Assembly (NCBI GenBank): GCA_963662545.2
Contig: CAXXLL010000002.1
Location: 1,152,001-1,216,000 of the forward strand
DNA: 64,000 nt
Direction: 5' to 3'
From: Gammaproteobacteria bacterium
Lineage (GTDB): Bacteria > Pseudomonadota > Gammaproteobacteria > Ga0077536
Below are positions 39,773 through 50,424 of the stretch, one piece after another (position 1 is the first letter of the stretch; each line of letters opens with the position of its first letter). The translations under genes and the position numbers were made by a program. Below the pieces are notes generated by a model, which was not told the origin of the DNA, did not search any database, and saw nothing but the letters and a program-made list of their open reading frames with translations.

Positions 39773-41209
39773 TCAGGTACAGACCGCGGGCTTGCGATCC
39801 AGCCACGGGCGCGCTGCTTCGATCTGAGCGCCGATCCGGATCAAAGTTGCCTCATCGCAGTCTCGCCCGACGAACTGCACGCCGATCGGCAGCCCGTCGT
39901 CCGACCAGTTCATCGGCACCGTGATCGCGGGCGAGCCCGAGGCGTTAAAGGGCGCAGTGAAGCAGCAGTCTGGGCCCATGAGCGTGTCGTCGTAGGTTTC
40001 GACGTCGAGCGACATGTCGTAGTAGCCGTGCGTGCGTGGCAGCATCGGCACGGTCGGCATGAGCCAGGCGTCATACGCCGCCATCTCACCGAGGAAAGCG
40101 CGGCACGTCTGTCGCATGGTTTCGATGTCGTTTGAATGATCGACGCCGGCAACTCGGCGGCCTTTTTCGATCATCGACCAATACAGCGGCGCCATATCGG
40201 CCGCCGTCGCGTTTCGGCCCACGGCTTCGGCCATGCCGGCGAAAAACGCGGCAGTCTGCACAGCGATGATCGACGTGTAAGTTTTATAAAGCGGCCAGTA
40301 TTCGTAGGGCACCGGACGCGGCTCGACTGCGTGACCGAGATCTTCCAATAGCGTTCCGGCGTCGAGTACGGCCTGCTTCACCTGCCCGTCGACAGGCGAC
40401 CCGTGATCGGGTGTGTCCGTGACCATTGCAATCCGGAGCTTGCCGGGATCCGTGCCGACTTCTTTGGCATAGGGTCGCGCGGGTGCGGGTGCTTGATATG
40501 GTTCGCCCGCAAGATGTCCGCCCGTGATATCAAGCAACAGGGCCGTGTCGCGAACGGTGCGCGAGACGCAGAAAAAGGTCGCGCCACCGTACCAGAAATC
40601 GACCACCGCGGGCGCGAGGGTGATGCGCCCGCGCGCGGGTTTGAGACCGACCAGTCCGCAGTTCGATGCCGGGACACGGATTGATCCGCCGCCGTCAGAA
40701 CCTTCCGCCATCGGCACGACGCGCGCGATCACCGCCGCCGCCGAGCCGCCACTCGATCCGCCCGGCGTACGCTCGAGATTCCACGGATTGCGCGTGATGC
40801 CGTGCATGGACGATTCGGTCGAAAGGGCCCAGCCCTGCTCGGGCGACGTAGCTTTGGCGAAGGGCAGCATCCCGGCCGCCTTCATGCGCCGGATGAGTTC
40901 CGAATCGCCAGGTGCGACGATGTCCTTCAGGTAGGGGCAGCAGTTCGTGATCGGATGGCCCTCCCAGGCGCTCGCGAGTTCTTTCATCAGCCACGGCACG
41001 CCCTTGAGCGGACCGTCGGGCAGGGCGGGATCGTCGGCCGCCGTGCGTGCTGCTTCGTAGGCCCGGTGCGTCAAGAAATTGAGTTGGGGATCAATGGTCT
41101 CAGCGCGCTCGATTGCTGCGTCGACGACTTCCCGCGCGCTAACCTGGTTCGCGCGCACCAGTTCTGCCAGGCCGACACCGTCATAATCACCGTATTCTTT
41201 GAAAGCCAT
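39773..41209 (-). CDS. Amidase signature family enzyme
   Basis: GVPWLMK, PGGSSGGS, GSDGGGSIRVPAS. Confidence 0.92.
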   Translation of the reverse strand: MAFKEYGDYDGVGLAELVRANQVSAREVVDAAIERAETIDPQLNFLTHRAYEAARTAADDPALPDGPLKGVPWLMKELASAWEGHPITNCCPYLKDIVAPGDSELIRRMKAAGMLPFAKATSPEQGWALSTESSMHGITRNPWNLERTPGGSSGGSAAAVIARVVPMAEGSDGGGSIRVPASNCGLVGLKPARGRITLAPAVVDFWYGGATFFCVSRTVRDTALLLDITGGHLAGEPYQAPAPARPYAKEVGTDPGKLRIAMVTDTPDHGSPVDGQVKQAVLDAGTLLEDLGHAVEPRPVPYEYWPLYKTYTSIIAVQTAAFFAGMAEAVGRNATAADMAPLYWSMIEKGRRVAGVDHSNDIETMRQTCRAFLGEMAAYDAWLMPTVPMLPRTHGYYDMSLDVETYDDTLMGPDCCFTAPFNASGSPAITVPMNWSDDGLPIGVQFVGRDCDEATLIRIGAQIEAARPWLDRKPAVCT

Positions 41210-41312
41210 TGCAGATCTCCGGCCGGGTGTCTGATTGAGTATGGAACGTTTTCGCTTGCGAGGGAACGCGGCGGGCTGAATAGCTGGTCCCAATATTTCA
41301 ATGCGATTCGAG

Positions 41313-41330
41313 TCGCCCGCTTGCGGGCGA
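41313..41330. repeat. Single REP core
   Basis: Hairpin TCGCCCGCTTGCGGGCGA. Confidence 0.6.
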
Positions 41331-41466
41331 ATGGTAAGCCTCGTTGCCTGCGACAAAGCGTGCCTTTGTTCGGAAAACCCATTCAGCCGGCAGTCAACGG
41401 GTCGCCTGAGAAAGGAGGCTTGGGTCCTGCTAGGATCACTTGCAATTCAATGCAGGGAGGGATGCG

Positions 41467-42099
41467 ATGAACGGCATCCACGATCTCGGGGGATTGACAT
41501 GCTTCGGCCCGGTCGAGCGTGAAGTTGACGAACCGAAATTCCATGAAGAATGGGAGCGCCGCGTTTTCGCCCTGACGCTGGCAAGTCTGGGCGGCGGTTT
41601 GGGTCCGGTCGATGCGTTTCGCCATGCGGTCGAACGCATGGATCCGGTGCAATATCTCAAGACGAGCTACTACGAACATTGGCTGGAGGCCCTCGAAACC
41701 CGGGTCGCCGATCGCGATCTGGTAGCTGCCGCGGTCGGCGACGAACCGCTTACGCCCGACGTCGTCAATGCCGTCATCGCCCAGGGTGTCGACCCGATTC
41801 GCGATACGGAGTCCTTTGCGCCCCGTTTCGCAGTGGGTGATGCAGTGAGGGCGAAAAACCGCAACCCCAGCGGGCATACGCGCCTGCCGCGTTACGCGCG
41901 CGGACGCCGGGGAAAGATCGCGATGATTCATGGCAATCATGTCTATCCCGACACCTACGCCCACGACCAGGGCGAAAATGCGCAGCCGCTCTACTCGGTC
42001 AAGTTCTCCGCGCGCGAACTGTGGGGCGAGGAGGCACCCGGGCACGACCATCTTTTCATTGATCTTTGGGAGTCCTATCTGGAACCGGTGACAACATGA
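41467..42099 (+). CDS. nthB: Nitrile hydratase beta subunit
   Basis: [36 protein letters not shown]. Confidence 0.95.
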   Translation: MNGIHDLGGLTCFGPVEREVDEPKFHEEWERRVFALTLASLGGGLGPVDAFRHAVERMDPVQYLKTSYYEHWLEALETRVADRDLVAAAVGDEPLTPDVVNAVIAQGVDPIRDTESFAPRFAVGDAVRAKNRNPSGHTRLPRYARGRRGKIAMIHGNHVYPDTYAHDQGENAQPLYSVKFSARELWGEEAPGHDHLFIDLWESYLEPVTT

Positions 42100-42737
42100 G
42101 CGAGCAACACGACCATCATTCCGCCCCGAGGAACCCGTACCTGGAAAAGCGCCGCACTGGCGAGGAAACGATAAAGCTCGAACAGCGTGCCGCGGCTATC
42201 GAGGAACTGCTCATCTCGAAGGGACTGGTGACGCAAGAAGCGCTCGACCGCCTGGTCGAGATCTACGAACACGATCTGGGACCGATGAACGGCGCCAAGG
42301 CCGTCGCGCGCGCCTGGGTTGACGAAGATTACAAACGGCGCCTGCTCGATAACGCCACCGATGCGATGCGCGAGCTCGGATTCGGAGGCATGCAGGGCGA
42401 GCACATGGTCGCTGTTGAAAATACGCCGAATGTACACAACGTCGTGGTCTGCACGCTGTGCTCCTGCTACCCGTGGCCGGTGCTCGGATTACCCCCTGGG
42501 TGGTACAAGGACCCACCATACCGGTCGCGCATCGTGATCGAGCCCCGCAGCGTGCTCAGGGAATTCGGTCTCGATCTCGATGAGCATGTCGAGATCCGAG
42601 TGTGGGACAGCAGTGCCGAGATGCGTTACGTGGTCTTGCCGGAACGTCCCGCTGGCACTGAGACGTTCCATGAGGCCGAACTCGCCGCGCTGGTCTCACG
42701 CGACGCGATGATCGGCGTGACTCATGTCACCGTCTGA
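42096..42737 (+). CDS. nthA: Nitrile hydratase alpha subunit, cobalt type
   Basis: [10 protein letters not shown] metal motif (Thr/Tyr indicates Co type); ATG 42096 overlaps the nthB stop. Confidence 0.95.
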   Translation: MSEQHDHHSAPRNPYLEKRRTGEETIKLEQRAAAIEELLISKGLVTQEALDRLVEIYEHDLGPMNGAKAVARAWVDEDYKRRLLDNATDAMRELGFGGMQGEHMVAVENTPNVHNVVVCTLCSCYPWPVLGLPPGWYKDPPYRSRIVIEPRSVLREFGLDLDEHVEIRVWDSSAEMRYVVLPERPAGTETFHEAELAALVSRDAMIGVTHVTV

Positions 42738-43062
42738 CCGGTTGAGTACAGTGCCGCTGCAAAGCCGACCCGAGATCGCCCAGATGGAAAGCACGGCCGC
42801 CCTGCCGCGCCGCAGCGGCGAACTCGTGTTTCACGACGCCTGGGAACGCCGAGCGTTCGCCCTGGCGGTCGCGCTGTGCGAGAACGGACACTTTTCGTGG
42901 GACATGTTTCGAAATCATTTGATCCACGAGATCGACGCCATCGGAGAAACGGCAGCGCATCCGCGGCCGGATGCCCCCGGTTATTACGAGCACTGGCTGC
43001 GCTCGCTCGAAAAGGTGTTGGTCGAGCAGGGCGTATGCCCGGCGGAGACGTTCGAGCGTTAA
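42724..43062 (+). CDS. Nitrile hydratase accessory/activator protein (P14K-like)
   Basis: [24 protein letters not shown]; follows nthA. Confidence 0.88.
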   Translation: MSPSDRLSTVPLQSRPEIAQMESTAALPRRSGELVFHDAWERRAFALAVALCENGHFSWDMFRNHLIHEIDAIGETAAHPRPDAPGYYEHWLRSLEKVLVEQGVCPAETFER

Positions 43063-43081
43063 CCGATCGTTCACCGTTACG

Positions 43082-43143
43082 TTCGCCGGCAAGCGGGCTC
43101 CTACGATCGGAATGACGTCCGTAGGAGCCCGCTTGCCGGCGAA
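43082..43143. repeat. GTAG-type REP doublet
   Basis: TTCGCCGGCAAGCGGGCTCCTAC ... GTAGGAGCCCGCTTGCCGGCGAA, perfect inverted pair. Confidence 0.85.
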
Positions 43144-43167
43144 TAACCTATCTGAACCCTATCGATC

Positions 43168-45465
43168 ATGAACGCCTTGTTTGACGCCTACCTCGCTTGG
43201 CTGAGTCGGCATTACCGCCTGACGACGGTCGTCGTTTCCGTGCTATTCGTCGCACTCGGCGCGGGCATGAGCGGCCTGTCGGTCACCAATGACATGCGTG
43301 CGTACTTCAGCGAAGACAATCCGCAGTTACTCGCGTTCGAGCGGCTCGAGGCCATCTTCGATCGTCAGGACGTGCTGTTCTTCATCGTCGTACCGCGTGA
43401 CGGTGATGTTTTCGATCGCGGTATTTTGTCTCTGGTTTACGAGTTGACCGAAGGCGGCTGGCAGATGCCGTACTCACGCCGCGTGTCGTCGCTGGCAAAT
43501 TATCAGCATACGCGCGCCGAAGGCGACGCACTCATCGTTGCGAACCTGATCCCCTCACCCGACGAATTGAGCGACGAACAGATAGAGACGATCCGGCGAA
43601 TCGCGCTCAGCGAACCCGATCTCCTCGGGGCCTCGGTCGCGCCGGCCGGCAGCGCGATAGCCATTCAGGTCCGGCTGACCCTGCCGGACGGCAAGCTCGA
43701 TGCGAATGATGAAGTGATGGCGTGGGTGCTCGAATTCATCGAGCCGCTGCGCGCGGCGCACCCCGAGGTCGAGATTCATATCGGTGGGACGGTAGTTGGT
43801 GACGTCGATCTCGGGCGCGCGGTGGCGCGCGACGTCTCGGAACTGGTCTCCTTGAGTTACCTCGTCATTCTCCTCGGGCTGATCGTGCTGCTGCGCCATG
43901 CGCTGGGCACGGCCGCTACCTTGCTGATCATCACGTTTGCCATCAGCGGCACGATGGGCATTTACGGGTGGCTCGGACTCACGCTCGAAGCCGTATCCGG
44001 ATTCGTGCCGAGCATCGTTATGACGATTGCGGTGGCAGACAGCGTGCACGTTATGACCAGCTATTATCACGAAGTGAATGCCGGCCGGCATAAGTTCGAC
44101 GCGGTTCGAGAGGCCTTGAGAGTCAATCTGAAACCCGTTTTCGTCACCAGCGTCACTACCGCCATCGGCGTGTTGATGCTGAACTTCAGCGACTCTCCTC
44201 CTTACCACGATCTCGGCAACATGGTGGCCATCGGGGTCATGTTCGCCTGGTTTCTTTCGATGACCTTGCTCCCGGGGCTCTTGATGTGGTTCCCTGCGCC
44301 CCGCGTTTCTTATTCGGCACGTCTCGCGGACCGCATCGTCGCCTTGGGCGAATGGGTCATACGCAAGCGGCGTCTCTTGCTCGTCGTGTTTGGCGTGGCC
44401 GGCCTCATCGTGGCGAGTTTCATACCGCGTAATGAATTGACCGAGGACTGGAACAGCTATTTCGATGAGACCTTCGAGGTGCGCCGCGCGTCCAATGCGC
44501 TCGATGCGCATTTCGGCTCAATCCACCAGTTGCAATACATTATCGATTCCGGCGTCGAACACGGCATCGACGATCCGGCGTACATCGCCGAGCTCGAGGC
44601 TTTGACAAAATGGCTGCGGGAGCAGCCCGAAGTGCAGCATGTGTCCTCGGTTTCGGATCTGCTGGAGCGGCTCAATATGAACCTGCACGGCGACGATCCC
44701 GCATGGCGCAAAGTGCCGGACGAGCGCGGCATGGTGGCGCAATACCTGCTGCTTTACGAAATGTCTCTGCCTATCGGCCAGGGGCTGGAAGACACCATCA
44801 ATGTGGATCGCTCAGCCACCCAACTCGCCGCCTCCCTCGCGCACAGCGACTCGGAAAATCTCCTGGCCTTCGATCGCCGGGTACAGGCCTGGCTTGCCGA
44901 ACACGCGCCGCACATACGACCGGTCGAGGCGACCGGTATCGACATGGTGTTTGCGCATATGAATCACCGCAACATTCGCGACATACTGCGCGGCGTGGCC
45001 GTCGGCATCCTCGGTATTGCGGTGGTGCTGATCTTCGCGCTGCAGTCGCTGCGCCTCGGGCTGTTGAGCCTGATGACCAACCTCGCGCCCGCGGCGCTGG
45101 CCTACGGGACCTGGGGCTTGTTCGTCGGGCAGATCGACATGTCCGCCTCGATCGTCATGTGCATGAGTCTCGGCATCGTAGTCGACGACACCGTGCATTT
45201 TTTAAGCAAGTACCGCTATGTGCGCACGCTCGATGGAGGGACAGTCGAAGACGGTTTGCGTTATGCGTTCAAAACGGTCGGCCTCGCCCTCGTGGTAACG
45301 ACCGTCGTGCTCGTCAGCGGCTTCGCGGTGTTGAGTGCGTCCCACTTCAGCCCGACGGTGCGGACCGGCACCTTGATGGCCATCACCATGAGCTATGCGC
45401 TGCTGATCGATTTTTTCGTGCTGCCGCCCCTCTTGATCATGGTCGAACGGCGTTTCGATGACTAG
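43168..45465 (+). CDS. MMPL/RND superfamily exporter
   Basis: Two repeats of TM, large loop and 5 TM; IAVADSVH and GIVVDDTVH motifs. Confidence 0.9.
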   Translation: MNALFDAYLAWLSRHYRLTTVVVSVLFVALGAGMSGLSVTNDMRAYFSEDNPQLLAFERLEAIFDRQDVLFFIVVPRDGDVFDRGILSLVYELTEGGWQMPYSRRVSSLANYQHTRAEGDALIVANLIPSPDELSDEQIETIRRIALSEPDLLGASVAPAGSAIAIQVRLTLPDGKLDANDEVMAWVLEFIEPLRAAHPEVEIHIGGTVVGDVDLGRAVARDVSELVSLSYLVILLGLIVLLRHALGTAATLLIITFAISGTMGIYGWLGLTLEAVSGFVPSIVMTIAVADSVHVMTSYYHEVNAGRHKFDAVREALRVNLKPVFVTSVTTAIGVLMLNFSDSPPYHDLGNMVAIGVMFAWFLSMTLLPGLLMWFPAPRVSYSARLADRIVALGEWVIRKRRLLLVVFGVAGLIVASFIPRNELTEDWNSYFDETFEVRRASNALDAHFGSIHQLQYIIDSGVEHGIDDPAYIAELEALTKWLREQPEVQHVSSVSDLLERLNMNLHGDDPAWRKVPDERGMVAQYLLLYEMSLPIGQGLEDTINVDRSATQLAASLAHSDSENLLAFDRRVQAWLAEHAPHIRPVEATGIDMVFAHMNHRNIRDILRGVAVGILGIAVVLIFALQSLRLGLLSLMTNLAPAALAYGTWGLFVGQIDMSASIVMCMSLGIVVDDTVHFLSKYRYVRTLDGGTVEDGLRYAFKTVGLALVVTTVVLVSGFAVLSASHFSPTVRTGTLMAITMSYALLIDFFVLPPLLIMVERRFDD

Positions 45466-45516
45466 TCTGCGGCGCAACCTATTGTGTGAAAGACGCGCTT
45501 GAAGCGCGCGCCCGGA

Positions 45517-45861
45517 TCAACCGACGAGTACTTCGCGGTATTGATCTTCGTTGAAGCCGACCAGGAGCGTCTTCCCGACCTTTACAACAGGCGCGCGCAG
45601 GTTGCCGGTCGGGCCGAGCATGGCGTCGACCACCTCATCCGCCGGCGCGCCCTTGGTCTTGAAGGTCGAGACCTTCTTGCCTTTCGACACGACGACTTTG
45701 TTGGCGGCGGACGCCAGATCGCGTGCGTCGCTACGGCCGAGCTTACGCGATGCGAGCACCGTTTCTTTGGGCACCAGCCCGTTGGCATCCATGAACTTGG
45801 ATGCTCTGCCGCAGCTGGTTCAGCCCTTGCGGTAGTAATACCAATTGATCTGACGGCTCAT
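45517..45861 (-). CDS. ArsC/Spx-like selenoprotein (UxxC), Sec codon at 45820-45822
   Basis: MSRQINWYYYRKG-TGA-TSCGRASKF continues in frame into the 91-aa ORF with LGPTGNLRAP..VGF; SECIS-like hairpin follows the TGA. Confidence 0.85.
45773..45819 (-). promoter_or_regulatory. Bacterial SECIS-like hairpin
   Basis: ACCAGC-TGCGGCAGA-GCATCCA-AGTTCA-TGGATGC-CAACGG-GCTGGT; apical loop 22 nt after UGA with a G-U. Confidence 0.72.
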
Positions 45862-46119
45862 CGGACATGCCCTGAAGTCGATTGCGGACGCCGGTGGCCC
45901 GGCGCACCTGCAGTTTATCATTGGCGCCTGGACAAACGCGGTCTCGACCGCGATTAACGAGAAAAAAATGCGACTTCGAGCGCTTTCGTCAGGCGGAATT
46001 CGCCGAGCGGGCTCTGGGGGCTAAGCGGCGGTATCGTGGTTGAGGTGGGCCGTTCGTCCGTGGACCGCGTCCACACCCGGATTTGAGCTGGAAGCTAATG
46101 GCGACAGGTTTCTCGAATT

Positions 46120-46195
46120 CAATAATTCATTACATATTATGTATAACTATATAATATATATAAATATATATAGGGTACATAAAGTTGATTCTAGT
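46120..46195. other. Very AT-rich, TA-repeat-like intergenic tract
   Basis: TATATAATATATATAAATATATATA within a GC-rich window. Confidence 0.6.
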
Positions 46196-46242
46196 TTGCG
46201 ACAAGCCGGATTGTCCGTGCGAACGGGTTCGAGCGTGATCCG

Positions 46243-46977
46243 ATGACCGCGCCGGTTCTATACGAATTTCCGCATTCCCACTTTTGTGAAGTCGCCCGCT
46301 GGGCACTGGAGTACAAGGGCATCGAATATCGGTCCGTCTGCCTCCTGCCCGGGTTTCACGTTCAAAAAATGAAACGCCTGGCAACCGATTCCAGCGTACC
46401 CGTGCTGGTCGACGGCGGAGACGTCATTCAGGGCTCAGCCCGTATCGTCGACTATCTCGAACAGGTTCATCCGGATCGGCCCCTGACCCCGGCCGATGCC
46501 GGCGCGGTCGAGGAACTCGAGCGCGAGATCGCCGAGACCATCGGCGTACCGCTCCGACGGCTTTGCTACTATCATTTATTGCCGCACGCGGACCTCGTGC
46601 GCTATTTCTTCATGCATCGCGCAGGCAGGCTTGCGAATCTCGCGTTCAGAATGACCTACGGTGTTCTACGGAAAAAGATAACCGAGATCTATGACTGCAC
46701 GGAGAGCGGCGCTGAATCGGCCAAGGTGGAACTGGCGCGCGCGATCGATGCCTTCGATCGGCGCCTGGCTGAACGACCTTTTCTTGTGGGCGATGGGTTT
46801 TCCAGAGTCGACCTGACGTTCGCATCGCTCCTCGTGTTCTTGGTGATGCCGCCCGAATATCCAGTCAATTGGCCGCGCGAACTGGCCGGGAACGAGCTTG
46901 CGCAATGGTTCGACACCTTCCGCGACTCCAGAAGCTGTCGGCAGGTCGAATTTCTTTACGCCAACTATCGGCGCTAG
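46243..46977 (+). CDS. Glutathione S-transferase family protein
   Basis: SHFCEVARWAL, VPVL, QGS, FLVGDGFSRVDL. Confidence 0.88.
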   Translation: MTAPVLYEFPHSHFCEVARWALEYKGIEYRSVCLLPGFHVQKMKRLATDSSVPVLVDGGDVIQGSARIVDYLEQVHPDRPLTPADAGAVEELEREIAETIGVPLRRLCYYHLLPHADLVRYFFMHRAGRLANLAFRMTYGVLRKKITEIYDCTESGAESAKVELARAIDAFDRRLAERPFLVGDGFSRVDLTFASLLVFLVMPPEYPVNWPRELAGNELAQWFDTFRDSRSCRQVEFLYANYRR

Positions 46978-47011
46978 GAAAACAAGGGAAAGAAAAATTT
47001 GACCTTGTCGT

Positions 47012-47806
47012 TCACCCGAGCCACTCGTCGATCAAGCCATTGATCTTCTCGGGATGGGTCTCCATGAACCAGTGCGCGCCGCCGGCGATACATTCGCTGC
47101 GTCCGGAAGTCGCATCGAGGATTTCGAGCCAGCGATCGGAATGAAACATCAGGGGTTTGTTGCCACCGTAAATAAACAGGATCGGACAAGCTGGCTTGTA
47201 ATAACCGAGCAACTTCCGGCGCGCCGACGGCAGCACAATGCCGCGCCACAGGTAGAAGTAGGGATAGTTGCACCGGGAACGCACACGACCCGCTTGCAGC
47301 CCTGGGACGCGTAGAAGGGCGGCGAATTTTCTCGTCAACCAGTTACCGAACGGCGGAATGACGCCACCGACCACCCAGCAACCGATCAAAACCCACTGGT
47401 ATCCGGCCATCATTAAGGCGTCTCTCGCGGACGCCGGCTTGACGTGACCGCCGATATCGAGGGTCACCATCTTGCGCACCCGTTCCGGGTGCTTTTTTTC
47501 ATACATATAGCCGAGGTAAGCGCCCCAGTCGTGCGTCACGAGCGCAACGGGTGCAGCGTCCGCTTGAACACGATCGATCGTCCGCGCGAGCCTGTCGACC
47601 AGGTCCGCGAAATCGCAGCCGCCAGACAGATCCGCCGTCGCGCCGAAGTTGGGCAGGGTGACGCTCACGCAGCGGAATTTTTGCTTGAGCGCCGCGACTT
47701 GCAGGCGCCAGAGGGTGGCATCGTCCGGCCAGCCGTGGACGAAGACGATTGTATTGCCCGTGTCCTCGCCTTCAACTTCATAGCTCAGTTCGGTCTGGTT
47801 ATTCAT
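47012..47806 (-). CDS. Alpha/beta fold hydrolase (epoxide hydrolase-like)
   Basis: HGWP, HDWG nucleophile elbow, AHW. Confidence 0.87.
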   Translation of the reverse strand: MNNQTELSYEVEGEDTGNTIVFVHGWPDDATLWRLQVAALKQKFRCVSVTLPNFGATADLSGGCDFADLVDRLARTIDRVQADAAPVALVTHDWGAYLGYMYEKKHPERVRKMVTLDIGGHVKPASARDALMMAGYQWVLIGCWVVGGVIPPFGNWLTRKFAALLRVPGLQAGRVRSRCNYPYFYLWRGIVLPSARRKLLGYYKPACPILFIYGGNKPLMFHSDRWLEILDATSGRSECIAGGAHWFMETHPEKINGLIDEWLG

Positions 47807-48016
47807 TACATTGCGAACACCGCAGGAAAACGCAGCATAGGAGTATAGGGCGAACAAAGCCTATCCATCGAGTATTCAAGCGAGAATGGAAGACCTGCGC
47901 TGCCGGGTGTCGCGGTGGGAAAAGGAGAAAAGGGGATGCACTTATTTAGGCGAGCCAGAAAAATAAGCGCTTCCCCCTTATTCCTAATCTTCTGATCTAC
48001 CGCGATTAGAATATGT

Positions 48017-50089
48017 TCATTGTGCCGGGGTAATGGCAACGCGGTTGTCATGGAATGCCGCTCCGCCGGCGGGCCCTGCGGGATCGGCCCCGGTCAATAC
48101 ATTGATGCCGAGACCGGTCTTGAAGGCGTCGTTCGGCCACACGCTTTCAGCCACGACTACCCCTGGTTGAAGCCCGTCGAACAACTCCGCGTGGAGTTCG
48201 AGTGCGCCGCGTGCATTGCTGATTCGGATCGGGTCGCCGTCAGCAATCGACAAGCGTGCTGCATCGGCCGAGTGCATCATCAGCGTTGGCCGTCGTTCGC
48301 GGCGTTTGGAGGTTGGCGTTTCATTGAAGGTTGAATTGAGAAAATTGCGTGCGGGCGCGGTAACGAGGCGGAAGGGCAGTTCTTCGTTCGCCGTTTCGAT
48401 CGCATTCCAATGATCGGGTAGACGCGGCATTGCGTCCATCGTGGCGGGGCTAACGAAACCCTGCGGACCCATCGACGGCCAATTGGCCGCGAAGTGCCAG
48501 CGCTTATCCACGTGGCCAAAACCGTTTATAAAATGGGCTTCATCGAAGTCAGGTTGCGCATCCAGCCAACGTTGGCGTTCGAGATTTTCGAGATTTCCCC
48601 AGCCGGAGGCGTTGAGCGTCCAATCGATAATCTCACGCGGGTTCATGTTGAAGCCCCGGTGTTCCGCGCCAACGCGTTTGGCCAAAGCACAAATCACCTC
48701 GTGGTTAGAGCGGCATTCGCCAGGCGGCTCAACGATCTTCGGTCCGAATAGGATGTGCTGGTGGCCGCCGCTTTGGTAAAGGTCATCGTGTTCGAGAAAC
48801 ATTGTCGCCGGCAGCACGATATCCGCCATTTTTGCGGTTTCGGTCATAAATTGTTCATGCACGCAGGTAAATAGATCGGTGCGCGCGAATCCTCGTTGCA
48901 CGGTGGTGAGGTCCGGCGCTACGGACATCGGGTTGGTATTCTGAACTAGCAGCGCCGTAACCGGAGGCCCGTTGCCGAGCGCGAATTCTTCGCCAGTCAG
49001 TACCGCGCCGATGCGTGATTGATCAAGCAAACGTATTGTGGGGTCGCGGGCATCGAGCCCATCAATGAGCGTACGGTCCCAGTGATAGATTGCGCCATTG
49101 TTATGCAGTGCGCCTCCACCTAAATGCTGCCAGGACCCAGTGACAGCGGCAATCGAAGCCGCCGCATGCATGTTGACTGCGCCATTGCGCTGTCTAGCGA
49201 AGCCGTAGCCTAGGCGTAGAAATGTTTTGGGGTGTTGCCCTATCAGCGCGGCGAAACGTTCAATAGTCGCCGTCGGCACACCGCAGATGGCGCTCGCCCA
49301 CGCAGGTGTACGGGATGTGAGATGCGCTTCGAGATCTTCCGCGCAGTCCGTATAGCGGGCGAGGTAGGTGCGATCTGCATAGCCATCGCGAAATAGAACG
49401 TGCATGACTGCGCATGCGAGCGCGCCGTCAGTGCCCGGTTTTACGCATACGAAGAGGTCGGCTTGCTTCGCCGTGGCGTTACGATAAATGTCGATGACCA
49501 CAATTTTGGCGCCATGCTCGCGCCGCGCAGCCAAGGCATGAGCCATGACATTGATCTGCGTGGCGGCCGCATTGGTACCCCAGATCACGATGACATCGGA
49601 ATGCGCCATCTCGCGCGGGTCGACACCGCTGATGCGTCCGGCACCGGCAGCGTAACCGCTCCAGGCGAGCGTAGTGCAGATGGTTGCGTGTTCGCCGGAG
49701 TAGCGTTTGGTGTGCCGCAGTCGGTTTATACCGTCGCGCATCACCATGCCCATCGTACCGGCGTAGAAATACGGCCATACAGACTCCGATCCGTATGCCT
49801 GCTCGGCGGTGAGGAAGGCTTCAGCAACTTCGTCTAAGGCTGCGTCCCAGCTGATCGGCTCGAATTCTGCTGATCCTTTTTCGCCGCGCCGTTTAAGTGG
49901 TCGGGTGAGGCGATCCGGGTGATGAATGCGCTCGGCATAACGCGCTACTTTGCTGCAGATAACCCCGGCGGTGTAGCTATTGTCCCGTGCACCGCGCACT
50001 CGGCCAATGCGTTCAGGTGTGAGACGCTCGACTTCGAGCGCGCAGGTCGACGGGCAATCATGCGGGCAGGCGCTATAGAGGTAAGTCAT
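48017..50089 (-). CDS. Molybdopterin oxidoreductase family protein
   Basis: CPHDCPSTC...ICSK Fe-S motif, TETAKMADIVLPA, C-terminal dinucleotide-binding domain. Confidence 0.9.
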   Translation of the reverse strand: MTYLYSACPHDCPSTCALEVERLTPERIGRVRGARDNSYTAGVICSKVARYAERIHHPDRLTRPLKRRGEKGSAEFEPISWDAALDEVAEAFLTAEQAYGSESVWPYFYAGTMGMVMRDGINRLRHTKRYSGEHATICTTLAWSGYAAGAGRISGVDPREMAHSDVIVIWGTNAAATQINVMAHALAARREHGAKIVVIDIYRNATAKQADLFVCVKPGTDGALACAVMHVLFRDGYADRTYLARYTDCAEDLEAHLTSRTPAWASAICGVPTATIERFAALIGQHPKTFLRLGYGFARQRNGAVNMHAAASIAAVTGSWQHLGGGALHNNGAIYHWDRTLIDGLDARDPTIRLLDQSRIGAVLTGEEFALGNGPPVTALLVQNTNPMSVAPDLTTVQRGFARTDLFTCVHEQFMTETAKMADIVLPATMFLEHDDLYQSGGHQHILFGPKIVEPPGECRSNHEVICALAKRVGAEHRGFNMNPREIIDWTLNASGWGNLENLERQRWLDAQPDFDEAHFINGFGHVDKRWHFAANWPSMGPQGFVSPATMDAMPRLPDHWNAIETANEELPFRLVTAPARNFLNSTFNETPTSKRRERRPTLMMHSADAARLSIADGDPIRISNARGALELHAELFDGLQPGVVVAESVWPNDAFKTGLGINVLTGADPAGPAGGAAFHDNRVAITPAQ

Positions 50090-50227
50090 GGTAAATGTTT
50101 TATACGGTAGTTACGTCGATTATAAGCGTGTCGCCAGGCCGCCGCCCGTACGGCAGCGTTGTTGACGAACAAATGTGATTGGCCAGATTATGGTGTCGGA
50201 TTCTCGGATCCCACAGAATGTCCCGAG

Positions 50228-50246
50228 AAGTTAACGTGACATTACC
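50228..50246. mobile_element. Isolated IS6-type terminal repeat
   Basis: AAGTTAACGTGACATTACC vs AAGTTAACGTGACAATACC at 5057-5075. Confidence 0.55.
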
Positions 50247-50424
50247 CGGCCGAACCATGCAAATTTAATAGGTTTCCCATGTCCGCAGCGCCCGAGAATT
50301 GGCGGCACTTACCGCACGAATATTGCCGTAAGCGCTTGGCGCTGATTAAGTGGACGCGATAGTTCGAACTATTACAGCGTGCCTGAGCACTAAGCGCACA
50401 ATTTTTCTAGTGGCAGACTAATTA

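Noticed and set aside
46119-46146. dif-like site (..TACATATTATGTATAAC)
   Set aside because: Only a partial XerD arm match and no recognisable XerC arm; likely chance in an AT-rich tract.
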